Assembly: GCA_963674945.2 (NCBI GenBank)
Contig: CAXXWQ010000003.1
Location: forward strand, 160,001-224,000
Reading direction: 5' to 3'
Length of the DNA: 64,000 nt
Source: an uncultured Desulfosarcina sp.
GTDB lineage: Bacteria; Desulfobacterota; Desulfobacteria; Desulfobacterales; Desulfosarcinaceae
Shown: piece after piece, positions 37,788-49,042 of the stretch
How the letters are laid out: every line of letters begins with the position of its first letter
How positions within the stretch are numbered: the first letter of the stretch is position 1
The notes under the pieces: generated by a model
Seen by the model: the letters and a program-made list of their open reading frames with translations, nothing else
Database searches by the model: none
What the model was told of the DNA's origin: nothing
Position numbers and translations under genes: made by a program

Positions 37788-38019
37788 GGTAAGGTTCCTC
37801 TCCTTCAGATTAATTACGCTGCCCCCCTGGTGGTAAACACCGCAGCGAGTCTTCCTTTTTCTACTCGAAAAAAGTTCGTCGTCGGTAAAAAGCAGACGAT
37901 TATTTTTTCTGACGCGCTTTCGAAGGTTTTCCAATTCCCCGACACGTTGTCCGGCATCTTGATTGATCAATGGCCCCACAATACTCCTTTTCATTCAAAT
38001 GAAGAAAAAGCATTTCCCC

Positions 38020-40104
38020 TTAGGCGACGTTCTTCTCTTCCTGACGCTTTTTGGCGATCTCCTCTGAAATGCTTTGGGGGACCTGTCTGTACGTGGCAAA
38101 CTCCATGGTAAACTGGGCCTTTCCCTGTGTCAGGGAGCGGAGCACCGTCGAATACCCGAACATCTCGGACAATGGCACCTGGGCTTCGATGACACACATG
38201 GGTCCCTCTTCCTGGGACCCTACGATCATTCCACGCCGCTGGTTCAATGATCCCATGACACTGCCCTGGAATTCGTTCGGGGTCTCTACGGCCACCTTCA
38301 TGATCGGCTCGTGAATCACCGGTGCGGCTTTTTGATATCCCTCCCGAAAGGCCCCGCGGGCCGCGGCCTGAAATGCCATATCCGATGAGTCCACACTGTG
38401 GGCGGCGCCGTCGTTGATCACCACTTTGACACCCGTGACCGGGAACTCCATTTTCGGCCCCTTGGCCATACAACGTTGAAATCCCTTTTCACAGGCTGGT
38501 ATGAACTGCGTTGGAATGGCGCCCCCGGTAATTTCGTTGACAAAGAGAAAATCTTGACCGTCTACAGGCTCCATGTAACCAGCGATCCGGCCGAACTGTC
38601 CCGACCCACCGGTCTGCTTTTTGTGAGTGTAATTGAATTCCGCCCTCTTCGTAATGGTTTCCCGATAGGCGACCTTTGGCGCCCCGGTGGTCACGATCGC
38701 TTTGTATTCCCGGCGCATGCGTTCCACATAGACTTCCAAATGGAGTTCTCCCATGCCGGATATGATCGTATCGCCGGTTTCATCACTCACATATGCGCGG
38801 AATGTGGGATCCTCTTTGGCAAAACGGTTCAAGGCCTTGGACATGTTGATTTCCGCCTTGTTGTCCTTGGGAACGATGGCCAGGGAAATCACGGGCTCCG
38901 GCACGAACATGGAAGTCATGGTCAAGTTGACCGACGGATCGGTAAAGGTATCACCCGACGCGCAATCGACACCGAAAAGGGCTCCGATGTATCCGGCACG
39001 GATCTCGGAAATATCCTCCATTTGGTTCGCGTGCATGCGCACAAGGCGCCCGATCTTGACCTTGCGGCCGGTTCGGACGTTCACCACGGTGTCTCCCTTG
39101 GTCAGTTTTCCTTGGTAAACACGGATATAAGTGAGCTGACCGTATTGGCCGTCCTCCAGCTTAAAAGCAAGGGCCACGGTAGGTTTCGTATCATCGGAAA
39201 TAAGGGCCACCTCGGCCTCGTCGGCACTTATGTCCAGCGCTTGGTTCTGCACATCCGACGGGCAGGGCAAAAGCCGGGTCACCCCATCCAAAAGGGGCTG
39301 CACACCCTTGTTCTTGTAAGCCGAACCCATGAATACGGGCGTGATCTGCCGGGAAAGAACGCCTGTTCGCAATGCTTCGATGAGCATTTCGTCGGTAATG
39401 GTCACCTCCTCCAATACGGCTTCGGTGAGTTCGTCGGAGAAAAGCGTTGCGGCATCGATGAGCACATCCCTTTTTTCCACGGCCAGATCGAGCAAGGATT
39501 CCGGGATCTCTTCCATGCGGATCGTCTGGCCACTGTCACCATCGAAGTAGATCGCCTTCATGGACACCAGATCGACGACGCCCTCGTGGTCTGCCTCCAA
39601 TCCGATGGGAATTTGCATGGCCACTGCATTGTGCCCCAATTTCTCCCTGAGTTGTTCGATGACGCGAAATGGATTGGCACCGCTTCGGTCACACTTGTTG
39701 ATAAAAGCGATGCAAGGAACCTTGTACCGTTTCATCTGTTGATCTACGGTGATGGACTGGCTCTGAACGCCACCCACCGAGCAGAGCACGAGGATGGCAC
39801 CGTCGAGAACACGAAGGCTGCGCTCAACTTCGATGGTAAAGTCCACATGGCCCGGTGTGTCGATGATGTTGATCTGATGTTTGTTCCACTCACAATAGGT
39901 AGCGGCGGAAGCGATGGTGATCCCCCGCTCCTTTTCCAGCTCCATGGAGTCCATGGTGGCCCCCACGCCGTCTTTTCCCTTGACGTCATGGATGGCATGG
40001 ATCCGATTCGTATAGAAAAGGATTCGTTCTGTGAGTGTGGTTTTTCCCGAATCGATATGGGCACTGATGCCGATATTTCTGATTCTGTCGATTTGCGATG
40101 CCAT
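38020..40104 (-). CDS. fusA: Elongation factor G (stand-alone copy)
   Basis: [47 protein letters not shown]. Confidence 0.96.
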   Translation of the reverse strand: MASQIDRIRNIGISAHIDSGKTTLTERILFYTNRIHAIHDVKGKDGVGATMDSMELEKERGITIASAATYCEWNKHQINIIDTPGHVDFTIEVERSLRVLDGAILVLCSVGGVQSQSITVDQQMKRYKVPCIAFINKCDRSGANPFRVIEQLREKLGHNAVAMQIPIGLEADHEGVVDLVSMKAIYFDGDSGQTIRMEEIPESLLDLAVEKRDVLIDAATLFSDELTEAVLEEVTITDEMLIEALRTGVLSRQITPVFMGSAYKNKGVQPLLDGVTRLLPCPSDVQNQALDISADEAEVALISDDTKPTVALAFKLEDGQYGQLTYIRVYQGKLTKGDTVVNVRTGRKVKIGRLVRMHANQMEDISEIRAGYIGALFGVDCASGDTFTDPSVNLTMTSMFVPEPVISLAIVPKDNKAEINMSKALNRFAKEDPTFRAYVSDETGDTIISGMGELHLEVYVERMRREYKAIVTTGAPKVAYRETITKRAEFNYTHKKQTGGSGQFGRIAGYMEPVDGQDFLFVNEITGGAIPTQFIPACEKGFQRCMAKGPKMEFPVTGVKVVINDGAAHSVDSSDMAFQAAARGAFREGYQKAAPVIHEPIMKVAVETPNEFQGSVMGSLNQRRGMIVGSQEEGPMCVIEAQVPLSEMFGYSTVLRSLTQGKAQFTMEFATYRQVPQSISEEIAKKRQEEKNVA

Positions 40105-40171
40105 GATTTTCCTCTGCCGTTAGCGCACTGTTTATCAGTCCTTTGCGCTCTTTTGTTTCGAATATGGTAAT

Positions 40172-40216
40172 AAAAAAAGATCCCGAATTTGGCAGTATTC
40201 GCACCAGATTGGGACC
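40172..40216 (-). terminator. Terminator-like hairpin plus U7 in the fusA 5' leader
   Basis: Minus strand GGUCCC-AAUCUGG...CCAAAUU-C-GGGAUC followed by UUUUUUU. Confidence 0.5.
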
Positions 40217-40246
40217 TTTGAACGTCGCTTCGCATTCTCGAGCGCT

Positions 40247-40274
40247 AATATAGTGTTGTTATAGAGGATGTCAA
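40247..40274 (-). promoter_or_regulatory. Sigma70-type promoter upstream of fusA
   Basis: Minus strand TTGACA-N16-TATATT. Confidence 0.55.
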
Positions 40275-40624
40275 CAACAATTCTGGCCAAAATCAAAATC
40301 TATCGGACCGCGCCGCCTTTTTCTATCCGGATTGTGTAAAATTCCCACGATCGAAATGCTCCCCTAAGAAAGACAGGGCTGATGAAGCGCATGCGCTGAT
40401 ATCGAACCTTTTTCGAAGACCGATAGGTTGTTTATCCCATCCCCTTATTGACGAAGGGGAGTCAACCGGTCTATGGATAGACGATGCCCATTGCGCACTT
40501 CGTTCCTGCTTCCGGAAGCCTTGTCGGCCTTCGCGGCACGTTCATGCTCTTTTTTGCATCGGTATCGGCACCGCCCCAAAACGTTCCAAATCAACGATAT
40601 GGCAAGTAATGCGGAAAACCCCCC

Positions 40625-42727
40625 ATGGACCCAATGGATGAAAACCAAGACATAAACACCCTTCGCATCGAAAATCAGCATCTTCGGGAGAAACTGCAGA
40701 ACCTGGAAGAGGAAAAGGAAGCGCTTCGAAAAACAAAGTTCATCGCCAACGTGGCCGATCAACTGCTCACCATGATTGATCGCAACTATGTTTATGAAAG
40801 CGTCAATCAAGCCTATTGCCGTGCGAGGGGACAACGGCAAGAAGATCTGGTGGGAAAAAGCGTCGCCGAAGTTTGGGGAAAAGCAGAATTCGATGGGATC
40901 ATCCGCCCGAAACTGGACAGTTGTTTCGACGGCATTGTAACCAGCTCCGAAGATTGGTTCAAGTTCGACGGCAAGGATGTAAGATGCTACCAGGTCACGT
41001 ACAATCCATACCTGGACGACCAGGGCCGTGTCACGCATGCCGTCGTTGTCACCCACGACATCACCGACCGAAAAAACGCGGAAGCCGGGATGGAAAAGGC
41101 GAAAGAACGCCTGGAAAAGCGGGTCCGGCTTCGTACGGCGGAATTGGAAACCGCGAACGAGGAATTGCGGCGTCAGATTGAAGAGAGAAAACGGGTGGAA
41201 AAGGCGCTGCGGGAGAGCGAGTATCGATATCGATCCGTTTCCCGGGACATGCCGGCCATGGTATGCCGTTTTCTACCCGATGGTTCGCTGACCTTCGCCA
41301 ACCTCCGCTTTAAAAATCATTTTTCCATTTCCGGCGATTCCCTTCTGGACACAAATATTTTCGCGTTCTTCTCCAAAAAAGAACAGCAACGGATGAAAAA
41401 CAGGCTGTTTCACCTCAGCCCGGAAAAGCCCATGGAGACGTACGAACAACACACGGTGGATGAAACCGGAGAGATTCGGTGGTGGCAATGGACCGATCGT
41501 GCATTGTTCGACGAGGGCGACGCGCCCATGGAGTATCAGAGCGTCAGCATCGACATTACCGAAAAAAAGAGCGTGGAAGGAAAACTCCAGCAGGCACAGA
41601 AGATGGAGGCCGTCGGAACGCTTGCCGGTGGCATCGCCCACGATTTCAACAATCTGCTCATGGGGATCCAGGGGAACCTGTCACTCATGTTTCTGGATGT
41701 AGACAAACATCATCCACTATACGAAAACATCCGCAGTATAGAGCAACTGGTGGAAAGCGGTGCGAACCTGACCCGCCAGCTACTGGGATTCGCCCGGGGT
41801 GGAAAGTATGTGGTGAAGGCGGTGAACATCAACGATGTGGTATCGGAAACGGCCTCCCTGTTCGGAAGAACGCGCAAATCCATTCGTATTCATGAAACAT
41901 ATGAACCGAATATCCATATGATCGCAGCCGACCGAGGGCAGATCGAACAGGTGTTGATCAATCTCTACTTGAACGCATGGCAGGCCATGTCGGAAAAAGG
42001 AGACCTTTATCTAAGGACCGAGAATGTCACCATCGATGAAAAGTTCGTGAAACCATTTGAAATCCAGTATGGCCAATATGTACGGGTATCAGTGACCGAT
42101 ACGGGGAAAGGAATCGACCCGGAAATCGCCCACCGGATCTTCGACCCGTTTTTTACCACCAAGGATTTCGGTTGCGGGTCCGGCTTGGGATTGGCCTCGG
42201 TGTTTGGAATCGTGAAAAATCATGGCGGTATCGTCGACTTTGAAAGCCATCAAGGCCGCGGCACGACCTTTTCCGTATACCTTCCCCTCACCGATGAGTC
42301 CGGCGGTACACCGAGGCCCAAACAAAAAAAAATACTAAAGGGACCGGAGACCGTCCTGCTCGTGGACGACGAGCCGTATGTGTTGCAGGTTGGCGAGAAA
42401 ATGCTGGAAAAAATGGGGTACACCGTCCTTACGGCATGTTGCGGGAAAGAAGCGGTTCGTATTTTCGCCGACACCTACCACCGTATCGACCTGGTGATTC
42501 TGGACATGATCATGCCGGACATTGGTGGCGAAGAGGTTTTCGATCGTATGCGCAAGATAAAAAAGGACATAAAGGTGCTCTTGGCCTCCGGATATAGTAT
42601 GGGTGACGCTGCAAATATCATCGAAAGGGGCTGTGAGGGATTTATCCAGAAACCCTTTGGCATGGAACAATTTTCCCATGCCGTCCGGAAGGTTATCGAC
42701 AAGAAGCATCGAAAATCGGCGATCTGA
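40625..42727 (+). CDS. Hybrid sensor histidine kinase (2 PAS, HisKA, HATPase, receiver)
   Basis: AGGIAHDFNNLL, NLYLNA, DTGKGI, FDPFFTTK, GLGL, ILDMIMP. Confidence 0.93.
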   Translation: MDPMDENQDINTLRIENQHLREKLQNLEEEKEALRKTKFIANVADQLLTMIDRNYVYESVNQAYCRARGQRQEDLVGKSVAEVWGKAEFDGIIRPKLDSCFDGIVTSSEDWFKFDGKDVRCYQVTYNPYLDDQGRVTHAVVVTHDITDRKNAEAGMEKAKERLEKRVRLRTAELETANEELRRQIEERKRVEKALRESEYRYRSVSRDMPAMVCRFLPDGSLTFANLRFKNHFSISGDSLLDTNIFAFFSKKEQQRMKNRLFHLSPEKPMETYEQHTVDETGEIRWWQWTDRALFDEGDAPMEYQSVSIDITEKKSVEGKLQQAQKMEAVGTLAGGIAHDFNNLLMGIQGNLSLMFLDVDKHHPLYENIRSIEQLVESGANLTRQLLGFARGGKYVVKAVNINDVVSETASLFGRTRKSIRIHETYEPNIHMIAADRGQIEQVLINLYLNAWQAMSEKGDLYLRTENVTIDEKFVKPFEIQYGQYVRVSVTDTGKGIDPEIAHRIFDPFFTTKDFGCGSGLGLASVFGIVKNHGGIVDFESHQGRGTTFSVYLPLTDESGGTPRPKQKKILKGPETVLLVDDEPYVLQVGEKMLEKMGYTVLTACCGKEAVRIFADTYHRIDLVILDMIMPDIGGEEVFDRMRKIKKDIKVLLASGYSMGDAANIIERGCEGFIQKPFGMEQFSHAVRKVIDKKHRKSAI

Positions 42728-42733
42728 ATATTC

Positions 42734-43144
42734 TCAAAGCAGCTTGAGACTGATCTTCCCGTCACTTGCGGCCAGGAGTTGAAACAGATGATCTCCCATG
42801 CGAAATCCGTCCCGGGCCTTGCGGGCCTCGATTCGATGGGGATAGCCGTATTGCGGATCCAATGCAAGAATGTACAGTTCCAGTAAAAGGGCGCCATCGT
42901 CACTACCGCGATACACGATCCGATCATTGCCGATCTGTCTGCTTCGGTTTTTTGTCAACAGGATTCGCTTTTCCGTCGTCGGGTGGCCCAGCGTCCCTGA
43001 TGAGGCCTGCTCCGATTCCTTTTGCCAATGGTATTCGGGATTTTTCATACCGATCCAAAGATACCAGACACAACCTAAGAAAAAGAGACCACAGACGGAA
43101 AAAAAGACGACGGGTGGCCATTTGGGTTCATTATCATCATTCAC
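42734..43144 (-). CDS. Hypothetical membrane-anchored protein
   Basis: 136 aa ORF with one N-terminal TM helix, filling the intergenic space. Confidence 0.6.
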   Translation of the reverse strand: MNDDNEPKWPPVVFFSVCGLFFLGCVWYLWIGMKNPEYHWQKESEQASSGTLGHPTTEKRILLTKNRSRQIGNDRIVYRGSDDGALLLELYILALDPQYGYPHRIEARKARDGFRMGDHLFQLLAASDGKISLKLL

Positions 43145-43314
43145 GAGAAAATCCTGCCGTTACGAGTTCCAGCGTCAAAGGGAAACGAAAAAGAGAATAA
43201 ATATCGATCTTACACTCTTTTTTCAAGCTGAAATTCCTTTTCCATAACAGGAACGTAGAAATCGATGCTACGCGTATTCCAATCCGAAATTTTAAATTTA
43301 ATAGAGGCGCAATC

Positions 43315-43620
43315 ATGAATGTCATCGCAGACCTGTGTATCGTTCCCTTAGGTGTCGGCGTATCGGTATCTCCCTACGTTGCAGCCTGTCATCGAATTCT
43401 TCAAGGGGCCGGCCTCGATCCCCATTTACACGCCTACGGAACCAATATCGAGGGCGATTGGGAGACCGTTTTTACGGCCATTCGCCGTTGTCATGAAGAG
43501 ATCCACCGAATGGGGGCACCGAGAATCACCACTACGCTGAAGTTCGGGACCCGAACGGACAGAGAGCAGCACATGGCCGACAAGGTGAAAAGTGTACAGG
43601 AGAAACTTGAAGACGTGTAA
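43315..43620 (+). CDS. MTH1187/YkoF family thiamine-binding protein
   Basis: DLCIVPLGVGVSVSPYV, HAYGTNIEGDW, GAPRI, RTDR. Confidence 0.88.
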   Translation: MNVIADLCIVPLGVGVSVSPYVAACHRILQGAGLDPHLHAYGTNIEGDWETVFTAIRRCHEEIHRMGAPRITTTLKFGTRTDREQHMADKVKSVQEKLEDV

Positions 43621-43630
43621 AACGTCAGAT

Positions 43631-43757
43631 TTCGGACGGCTTCGTAAAAAGCCCGCGATCAAGGATTGCGAACCCTGAGGAATGAGGCGTATGGTTGAAT
43701 ACGTCGCAGTGACGAGGGGTGAAGCGTAACGCCGATATCGGACTTTTTACGAAGTCG
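43631..43757 (-). repeat. ~125 bp palindromic dispersed repeat with terminal inverted repeats (MITE/REP-like)
   Basis: Ends acggcttcgtaaaaag ... ctttttacgaag; it is the reverse complement of the 48505-48631 copy. Confidence 0.85.
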
Positions 43758-43953
43758 GAGGATCCTTTTCGACGAATCTGCGATTATTGGGATATCCAAG
43801 TACCAGTCGAAGACGCCGGTCGTATCCGCTTCTTCGCTCCCAGTTCGTTCGCCGATCCCCTTCAAAGGGTATCGAAACGAGAAACCGCCGATCCCGACGC
43901 CGACGTCTGCCCCCATTGTCCGTAACGATACCGGATATTAGCGACTCTTTCAC
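43747..43953 (-). CDS. Small Arg-rich protein with repeated (D/E)RR motifs
   Basis: GGAGGT SD just upstream of GTG 43953; DNGGRRRRRDRR...GDRRTNWERRSGYDRR. Confidence 0.6.
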   Translation of the reverse strand: MKESLISGIVTDNGGRRRRRDRRFLVSIPFEGDRRTNWERRSGYDRRLRLVLGYPNNRRFVEKDPPTS

Positions 43954-44191
43954 GAAGCACCTCCCATCTGGGTGTTTGCTGGATCGCAATTCATGGCTGT
44001 CGAATCAATGCAGACGGAGAGAAACAAGAAAATGCGATACAACGTACGAAGAGTGATCAAGGGGCGCTCGAAAATGCCATGCGATCATTGCGACCCAATC
44101 GGTCGCGGATTTCTTTTTTATATTATCCGCAGTGCGTTTGGCTGTCAAAACGATTTTTACCAGGAAAACCGGTGGTAATAGGAGAGCGTGT

Positions 44192-45391
44192 ATGAACATC
44201 CAGGATTATCTCGATTTGGAAAACAAGTTTGGTGCCCACAATTACAAACCCCTGGACGTCGTCCTGACAAAGGGAAAAGGCGTATGGGTGTGGGATATAA
44301 ACGGGAAGAAATACCTGGATTGTCTGGCCGCTTACAGTGCCGTCAACCAGGGACATTGCCACCCGAAGATTCTTTCAGCCATGGTGGAACAGGCACGCAA
44401 CCTGACCCTCACCTCCCGGGCATTTCGCAACGACCAATTGGGTCTTTTTTACAAGGAGATTTGCGAATTGACCCGTTCCCACAAAGTGTTGCCCATGAAT
44501 AGCGGAGCCGAGGCAGTGGAGACGGTTATCAAGGCGGTTCGAAAATGGGGTTACACAGTCAAGGGGATCCCCGAGAATCGATCTGAGATCATCGTTTGTG
44601 CCAATAATTTTCACGGCCGTACCATCACCATCGTGGGATTTTCCACCGATCCGACGGCGAGAAGCGGTTTCGGTCCCTTCACGCCGGGATTTACGATCAT
44701 TCCCTTCGGCGATGCCGACGCCCTGGAGGCGGCCATCACGGAAAATACCGCCGGTTTTCTCGTGGAACCCATCCAGGGAGAGGCCGGCGTAATCATTCCA
44801 CCGGACGGCTACCTCAGGGCCGTCCGTGAAATCTGCACCCGTCGTAACGTCGTGTTGATTTTAGACGAGATTCAGACCGGTCTGGGGCGAACCGGTCGTC
44901 TGCTGGCCGAGGCCCACGAAGGTATCGAAGCCGACCTCACCCTGGTGGGAAAGGCTCTGTCCGGCGGCTTCTATCCCATATCCGCGGTCCTGTCCAACAA
45001 GGAGGTAATGGACGTCCTTCAACCGGGTGAACACGGGTCCACGTTTGGCGGCAATCCTCTGGCGTGCGCCATCGCCAGGACCGCCATGCGGGTCCTCATA
45101 GAAGAAAAGATGGTTGAAAATGCGAAAAAAATGGGCGACTATTTTCTCGCGGGTTTCCGCCGTATCCAAAGCCCGCATATTAAAGAGGTACGCGGCAAAG
45201 GACTGATGATCGCCATGGAGCTTGCCCCCGAAGCCGGCGGAGCCCGTCCTTTTTGCCTCAAACTTGCCCAAAAGGGATTGCTTTGCAAAGAGACCCATGA
45301 ACACACTATCCGGTTCGCGCCGCCGCTGGTCATCGATAAAAATGAGGTGGATTGGGCCCTTGAACGAATCGGTAAGGTAATGGCAAATTAG
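44192..45391 (+). CDS. rocD: Ornithine--oxo-acid aminotransferase
   Basis: [66 protein letters not shown]. Confidence 0.93.
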   Translation: MNIQDYLDLENKFGAHNYKPLDVVLTKGKGVWVWDINGKKYLDCLAAYSAVNQGHCHPKILSAMVEQARNLTLTSRAFRNDQLGLFYKEICELTRSHKVLPMNSGAEAVETVIKAVRKWGYTVKGIPENRSEIIVCANNFHGRTITIVGFSTDPTARSGFGPFTPGFTIIPFGDADALEAAITENTAGFLVEPIQGEAGVIIPPDGYLRAVREICTRRNVVLILDEIQTGLGRTGRLLAEAHEGIEADLTLVGKALSGGFYPISAVLSNKEVMDVLQPGEHGSTFGGNPLACAIARTAMRVLIEEKMVENAKKMGDYFLAGFRRIQSPHIKEVRGKGLMIAMELAPEAGGARPFCLKLAQKGLLCKETHEHTIRFAPPLVIDKNEVDWALERIGKVMAN

Positions 45392-46348
<957 letters not shown>

Positions 46349-46353
46349 CGGCG

Positions 46354-47295
46354 ATGAAACGCCACGACAACCCGATCCTGCTGGTCGCACTGGGTGGCAA
46401 TGCCTTGATCCGGAAGGGACAGGCCGGAACCGTACAGGAGCAGTTTGCCAACCTGAAGGTTCCCATGACCCAGATTGCCCGTCTATCGAAATCATACCGG
46501 ATCATTATCACCCACGGCAACGGCCCCCAGGTTGGCGATCTGCTGCTGCAACAAGAGTATTGCGAAACCGCTGTCCGTTTGCCATTGGAGATCCTCGTCG
46601 CCCAGACCCAGGGTCAAATCGGCTATATGATCGAATCGACCCTGGATGAAGCCCTCATGGCACAAGGTATCGACGACCAACCCCTTGTCAGCCTCATCAG
46701 TTACGTGGTCGTGGACCGGTCAGATGAAGCGTTTCGATCGCCTTCGAAACCGGTGGGACCGGTTTTTTCAAAGGAAAAGGCCGCCACCCTGCCCTATCCC
46801 ACGATCCGGACGCCCAAGGGGTATCGAAGGGTCGTGGTCTCCCCAAAACCGGTGACCATCGTGGAAAAACGGGAGATCAAGACCCTGATCGACACGGGTT
46901 TCATCGTGATCTGCTGCGGCGGCGGCGGTATTCCCGTGGTACGTTCCGGGCGCACATTCGACGGGGTGGATGCCGTCATCGACAAGGATCTGGCCAGTGC
47001 TCGCCTGGCAGAAGAGGTGGGTGTGGATCTTTTCGTGATCGCCACCGATGTGGATGGCGTGGCCCTTGATTTTAAAAAGCCCGGCGAGCGGTACCTGAAA
47101 CGTCTGAATCTGGTGTCCGCTGCCAAGTTCGCCGCCGCGGGCCAATTCTCCCCCGGTGCCATGCTTCCGAAAGTGGAAGCGGCAATGCAGTTTGTGGCCT
47201 ATGGCGGCAAACGGGCCGTCATTACCCGTGTGGATCGTATCGCTGATGCGGTGGCGGGAAAATCCGGCACCACGATCGTATCGGAAAACGGATGA
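46354..47295 (+). CDS. arcC: Carbamate kinase
   Basis: ALGGNAL, THGNGPQVG, KPVGP, GGGGIPV, AVIDKD, MLPKVEAA. Confidence 0.93.
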   Translation: MKRHDNPILLVALGGNALIRKGQAGTVQEQFANLKVPMTQIARLSKSYRIIITHGNGPQVGDLLLQQEYCETAVRLPLEILVAQTQGQIGYMIESTLDEALMAQGIDDQPLVSLISYVVVDRSDEAFRSPSKPVGPVFSKEKAATLPYPTIRTPKGYRRVVVSPKPVTIVEKREIKTLIDTGFIVICCGGGGIPVVRSGRTFDGVDAVIDKDLASARLAEEVGVDLFVIATDVDGVALDFKKPGERYLKRLNLVSAAKFAAAGQFSPGAMLPKVEAAMQFVAYGGKRAVITRVDRIADAVAGKSGTTIVSENG

Positions 47296-47556
47296 TCCCA
47301 ACGATTTCGAGGCATACACCGGGCCACGACGAGGAAATTCCCAACCAGAATAAAAGTCAGCTACTGGCTTTTCGCAATTCGCCATTAGCATTGATGTGTT
47401 GGCCATTTATCAGTATTTCAATTACCACCCATTGAATTGTGTACAGACCTTCGGTAATTTTATGCAATCATTCTGCAAATCGCTAACAGCTAACGGCTAA
47501 GAACGCAATTTAGACAAAAATAAAAATCATTAACCTTTCTATACAAAGGAGGCACG

Positions 47557-48492
47557 ATGACCCCTTTTCCACTGTCCCACGTAATCGAATCCCAGCAGTT
47601 CGACCGGGAGTTGCTGGAAGTCGTTTTTGCAACCGCAGACCGGATGAAGGAAGATCTTCAAGGTGAACGCCGTCTGGCGAAAAGTCTGGAGGGAAAGATC
47701 ATGGCCTCCATGTTTTACGAACCCTCCACCCGGACTCGATTCTCATTCGAAAGTGCCATGCTGCGGCTGGGCGGATCGGTCATCACCACGGAAAACGCCC
47801 GTGAATTCTCCAGCGCCGCCAAGGGGGAGAGTCTTTCCGACTCCACCCGTATCTTGAACGGCTACGCCGATGTGATTGTCATGCGTCACAACGAGGCGGG
47901 AAGTGCGGCGCGGGCGGCGGAAATCTCCCGCGTACCGGTAATCAACGCAGGGGACGGCGCCGGCCAACATCCCACCCAGGCCCTTTTGGACACCTACACC
48001 ATCGTGGACGCATTCCCGGACATGGACAACCTGAAGATTGCCATGGTCGGCGACCTGCGGTACGGTCGAACGGTACGCTCTTTGTCCTACCTGCTCACCA
48101 AGTATGAAAATGTCCAAATCATCTTCGTCTCACCGCCGGTTTGCAAGATGGAGGGAGACATCAAGGCATACCTGGACAAATACGCGGTATCCTGGCGTGA
48201 GGAGAGTGATTTGGATAGCGTCGCGTCGGAAGTGGACTGCATCTATATGACCCGTATCCAGAAGGAACGGTTTCATAGCCCCGAAGATTACCAGGAAGCC
48301 GCCGGGAAATATATTCTGACGCTCGAGCGGGTCCAGGCCATGAAACCGAATGCCATCATCATGCACCCCTTGCCGCGGGTGGACGAGATTCCCATGGATG
48401 TGGACGCGGATCCCCGCGCCCGGTATTTTCAGCAGGCCCAAAACGGCCTTTTCATTCGTATGGCCTTGCTATATCTGCTGTTGACAAGGTAA
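47557..48492 (+). CDS. pyrB: Aspartate carbamoyltransferase catalytic subunit
   Basis: FYEPSTRT, SSAAKGE, HPTQALLD, GDLRYGRTV, RIQKERF, MHPLPR. Confidence 0.94.
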   Translation: MTPFPLSHVIESQQFDRELLEVVFATADRMKEDLQGERRLAKSLEGKIMASMFYEPSTRTRFSFESAMLRLGGSVITTENAREFSSAAKGESLSDSTRILNGYADVIVMRHNEAGSAARAAEISRVPVINAGDGAGQHPTQALLDTYTIVDAFPDMDNLKIAMVGDLRYGRTVRSLSYLLTKYENVQIIFVSPPVCKMEGDIKAYLDKYAVSWREESDLDSVASEVDCIYMTRIQKERFHSPEDYQEAAGKYILTLERVQAMKPNAIIMHPLPRVDEIPMDVDADPRARYFQQAQNGLFIRMALLYLLLTR

Positions 48493-48504
48493 GCGATAGC
48501 ATTA

Positions 48505-48631
48505 ACGGCTTCGTAAAACGTCCGATATCGGCGTTACGCTTCATCCTTCGTCATTGCAGCGTACGATAGGTACGCCTCATTCCTCAGGACTCGCAATCCT
48601 TGATCTCGGGCTTTTTACGAAGCCGTCCGAA
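48505..48631 (+). repeat. ~125 bp palindromic dispersed repeat with terminal inverted repeats (MITE/REP-like)
   Basis: acggcttcgtaaaa ... tttttacgaagccgt; internal gcgtac-gatag-gtacgc hairpin. Confidence 0.88.
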
Positions 48632-48659
48632 CAGTGAATTTTTTATCAGACCATCAGCC

Positions 48660-48797
48660 TTTAGCGATCAGCTGTTAGCCCCTATTTGTTGAGCGTTGAT
48701 CAATAGCTCAATGTTCAACGATTGGATTATACGCATAATTTCAGCAATTCTGTAAATTATGCTGCTAATTCCGAAAAGCTAACGGCGAATCGCTAAA
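48660..48797. repeat. Imperfect inverted-repeat element
   Basis: tttagcgatcagctgttagc / gctaacggcgaatcgctaaa arms with inner gcataattt...aaattatgc. Confidence 0.6.
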
Positions 48798-49042
48798 TGC
48801 AGGACTCGTTCAGATTGCCGGCGCTCCACTCGGACACACCATATGTAGTATCACAATCCGACAAACTACCCCCCAAATTGTGCTTTCCCCTTTACAACCA
48901 CAGACAATGATGGTATGAAAAACGTAATTTTCGATCCAATCGGAAAAGGGCGATCGCACTTCATCGATGTTCTTCACGCCCATGATCATCATTCGTTGAT
49001 ACAATAGATTGTTTCGTATGCGCCAGGTAGGAGCAGGCAAAG

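Noticed and set aside
38398..40170. 590-aa plus-strand ORF
   Set aside because: Antisense shadow of fusA
40533..40550. Sigma-54 promoter (GGCACG...TGC) upstream of the hybrid kinase
   Set aside because: GG-to-GC spacing is one base short of the required GG-N10-GC
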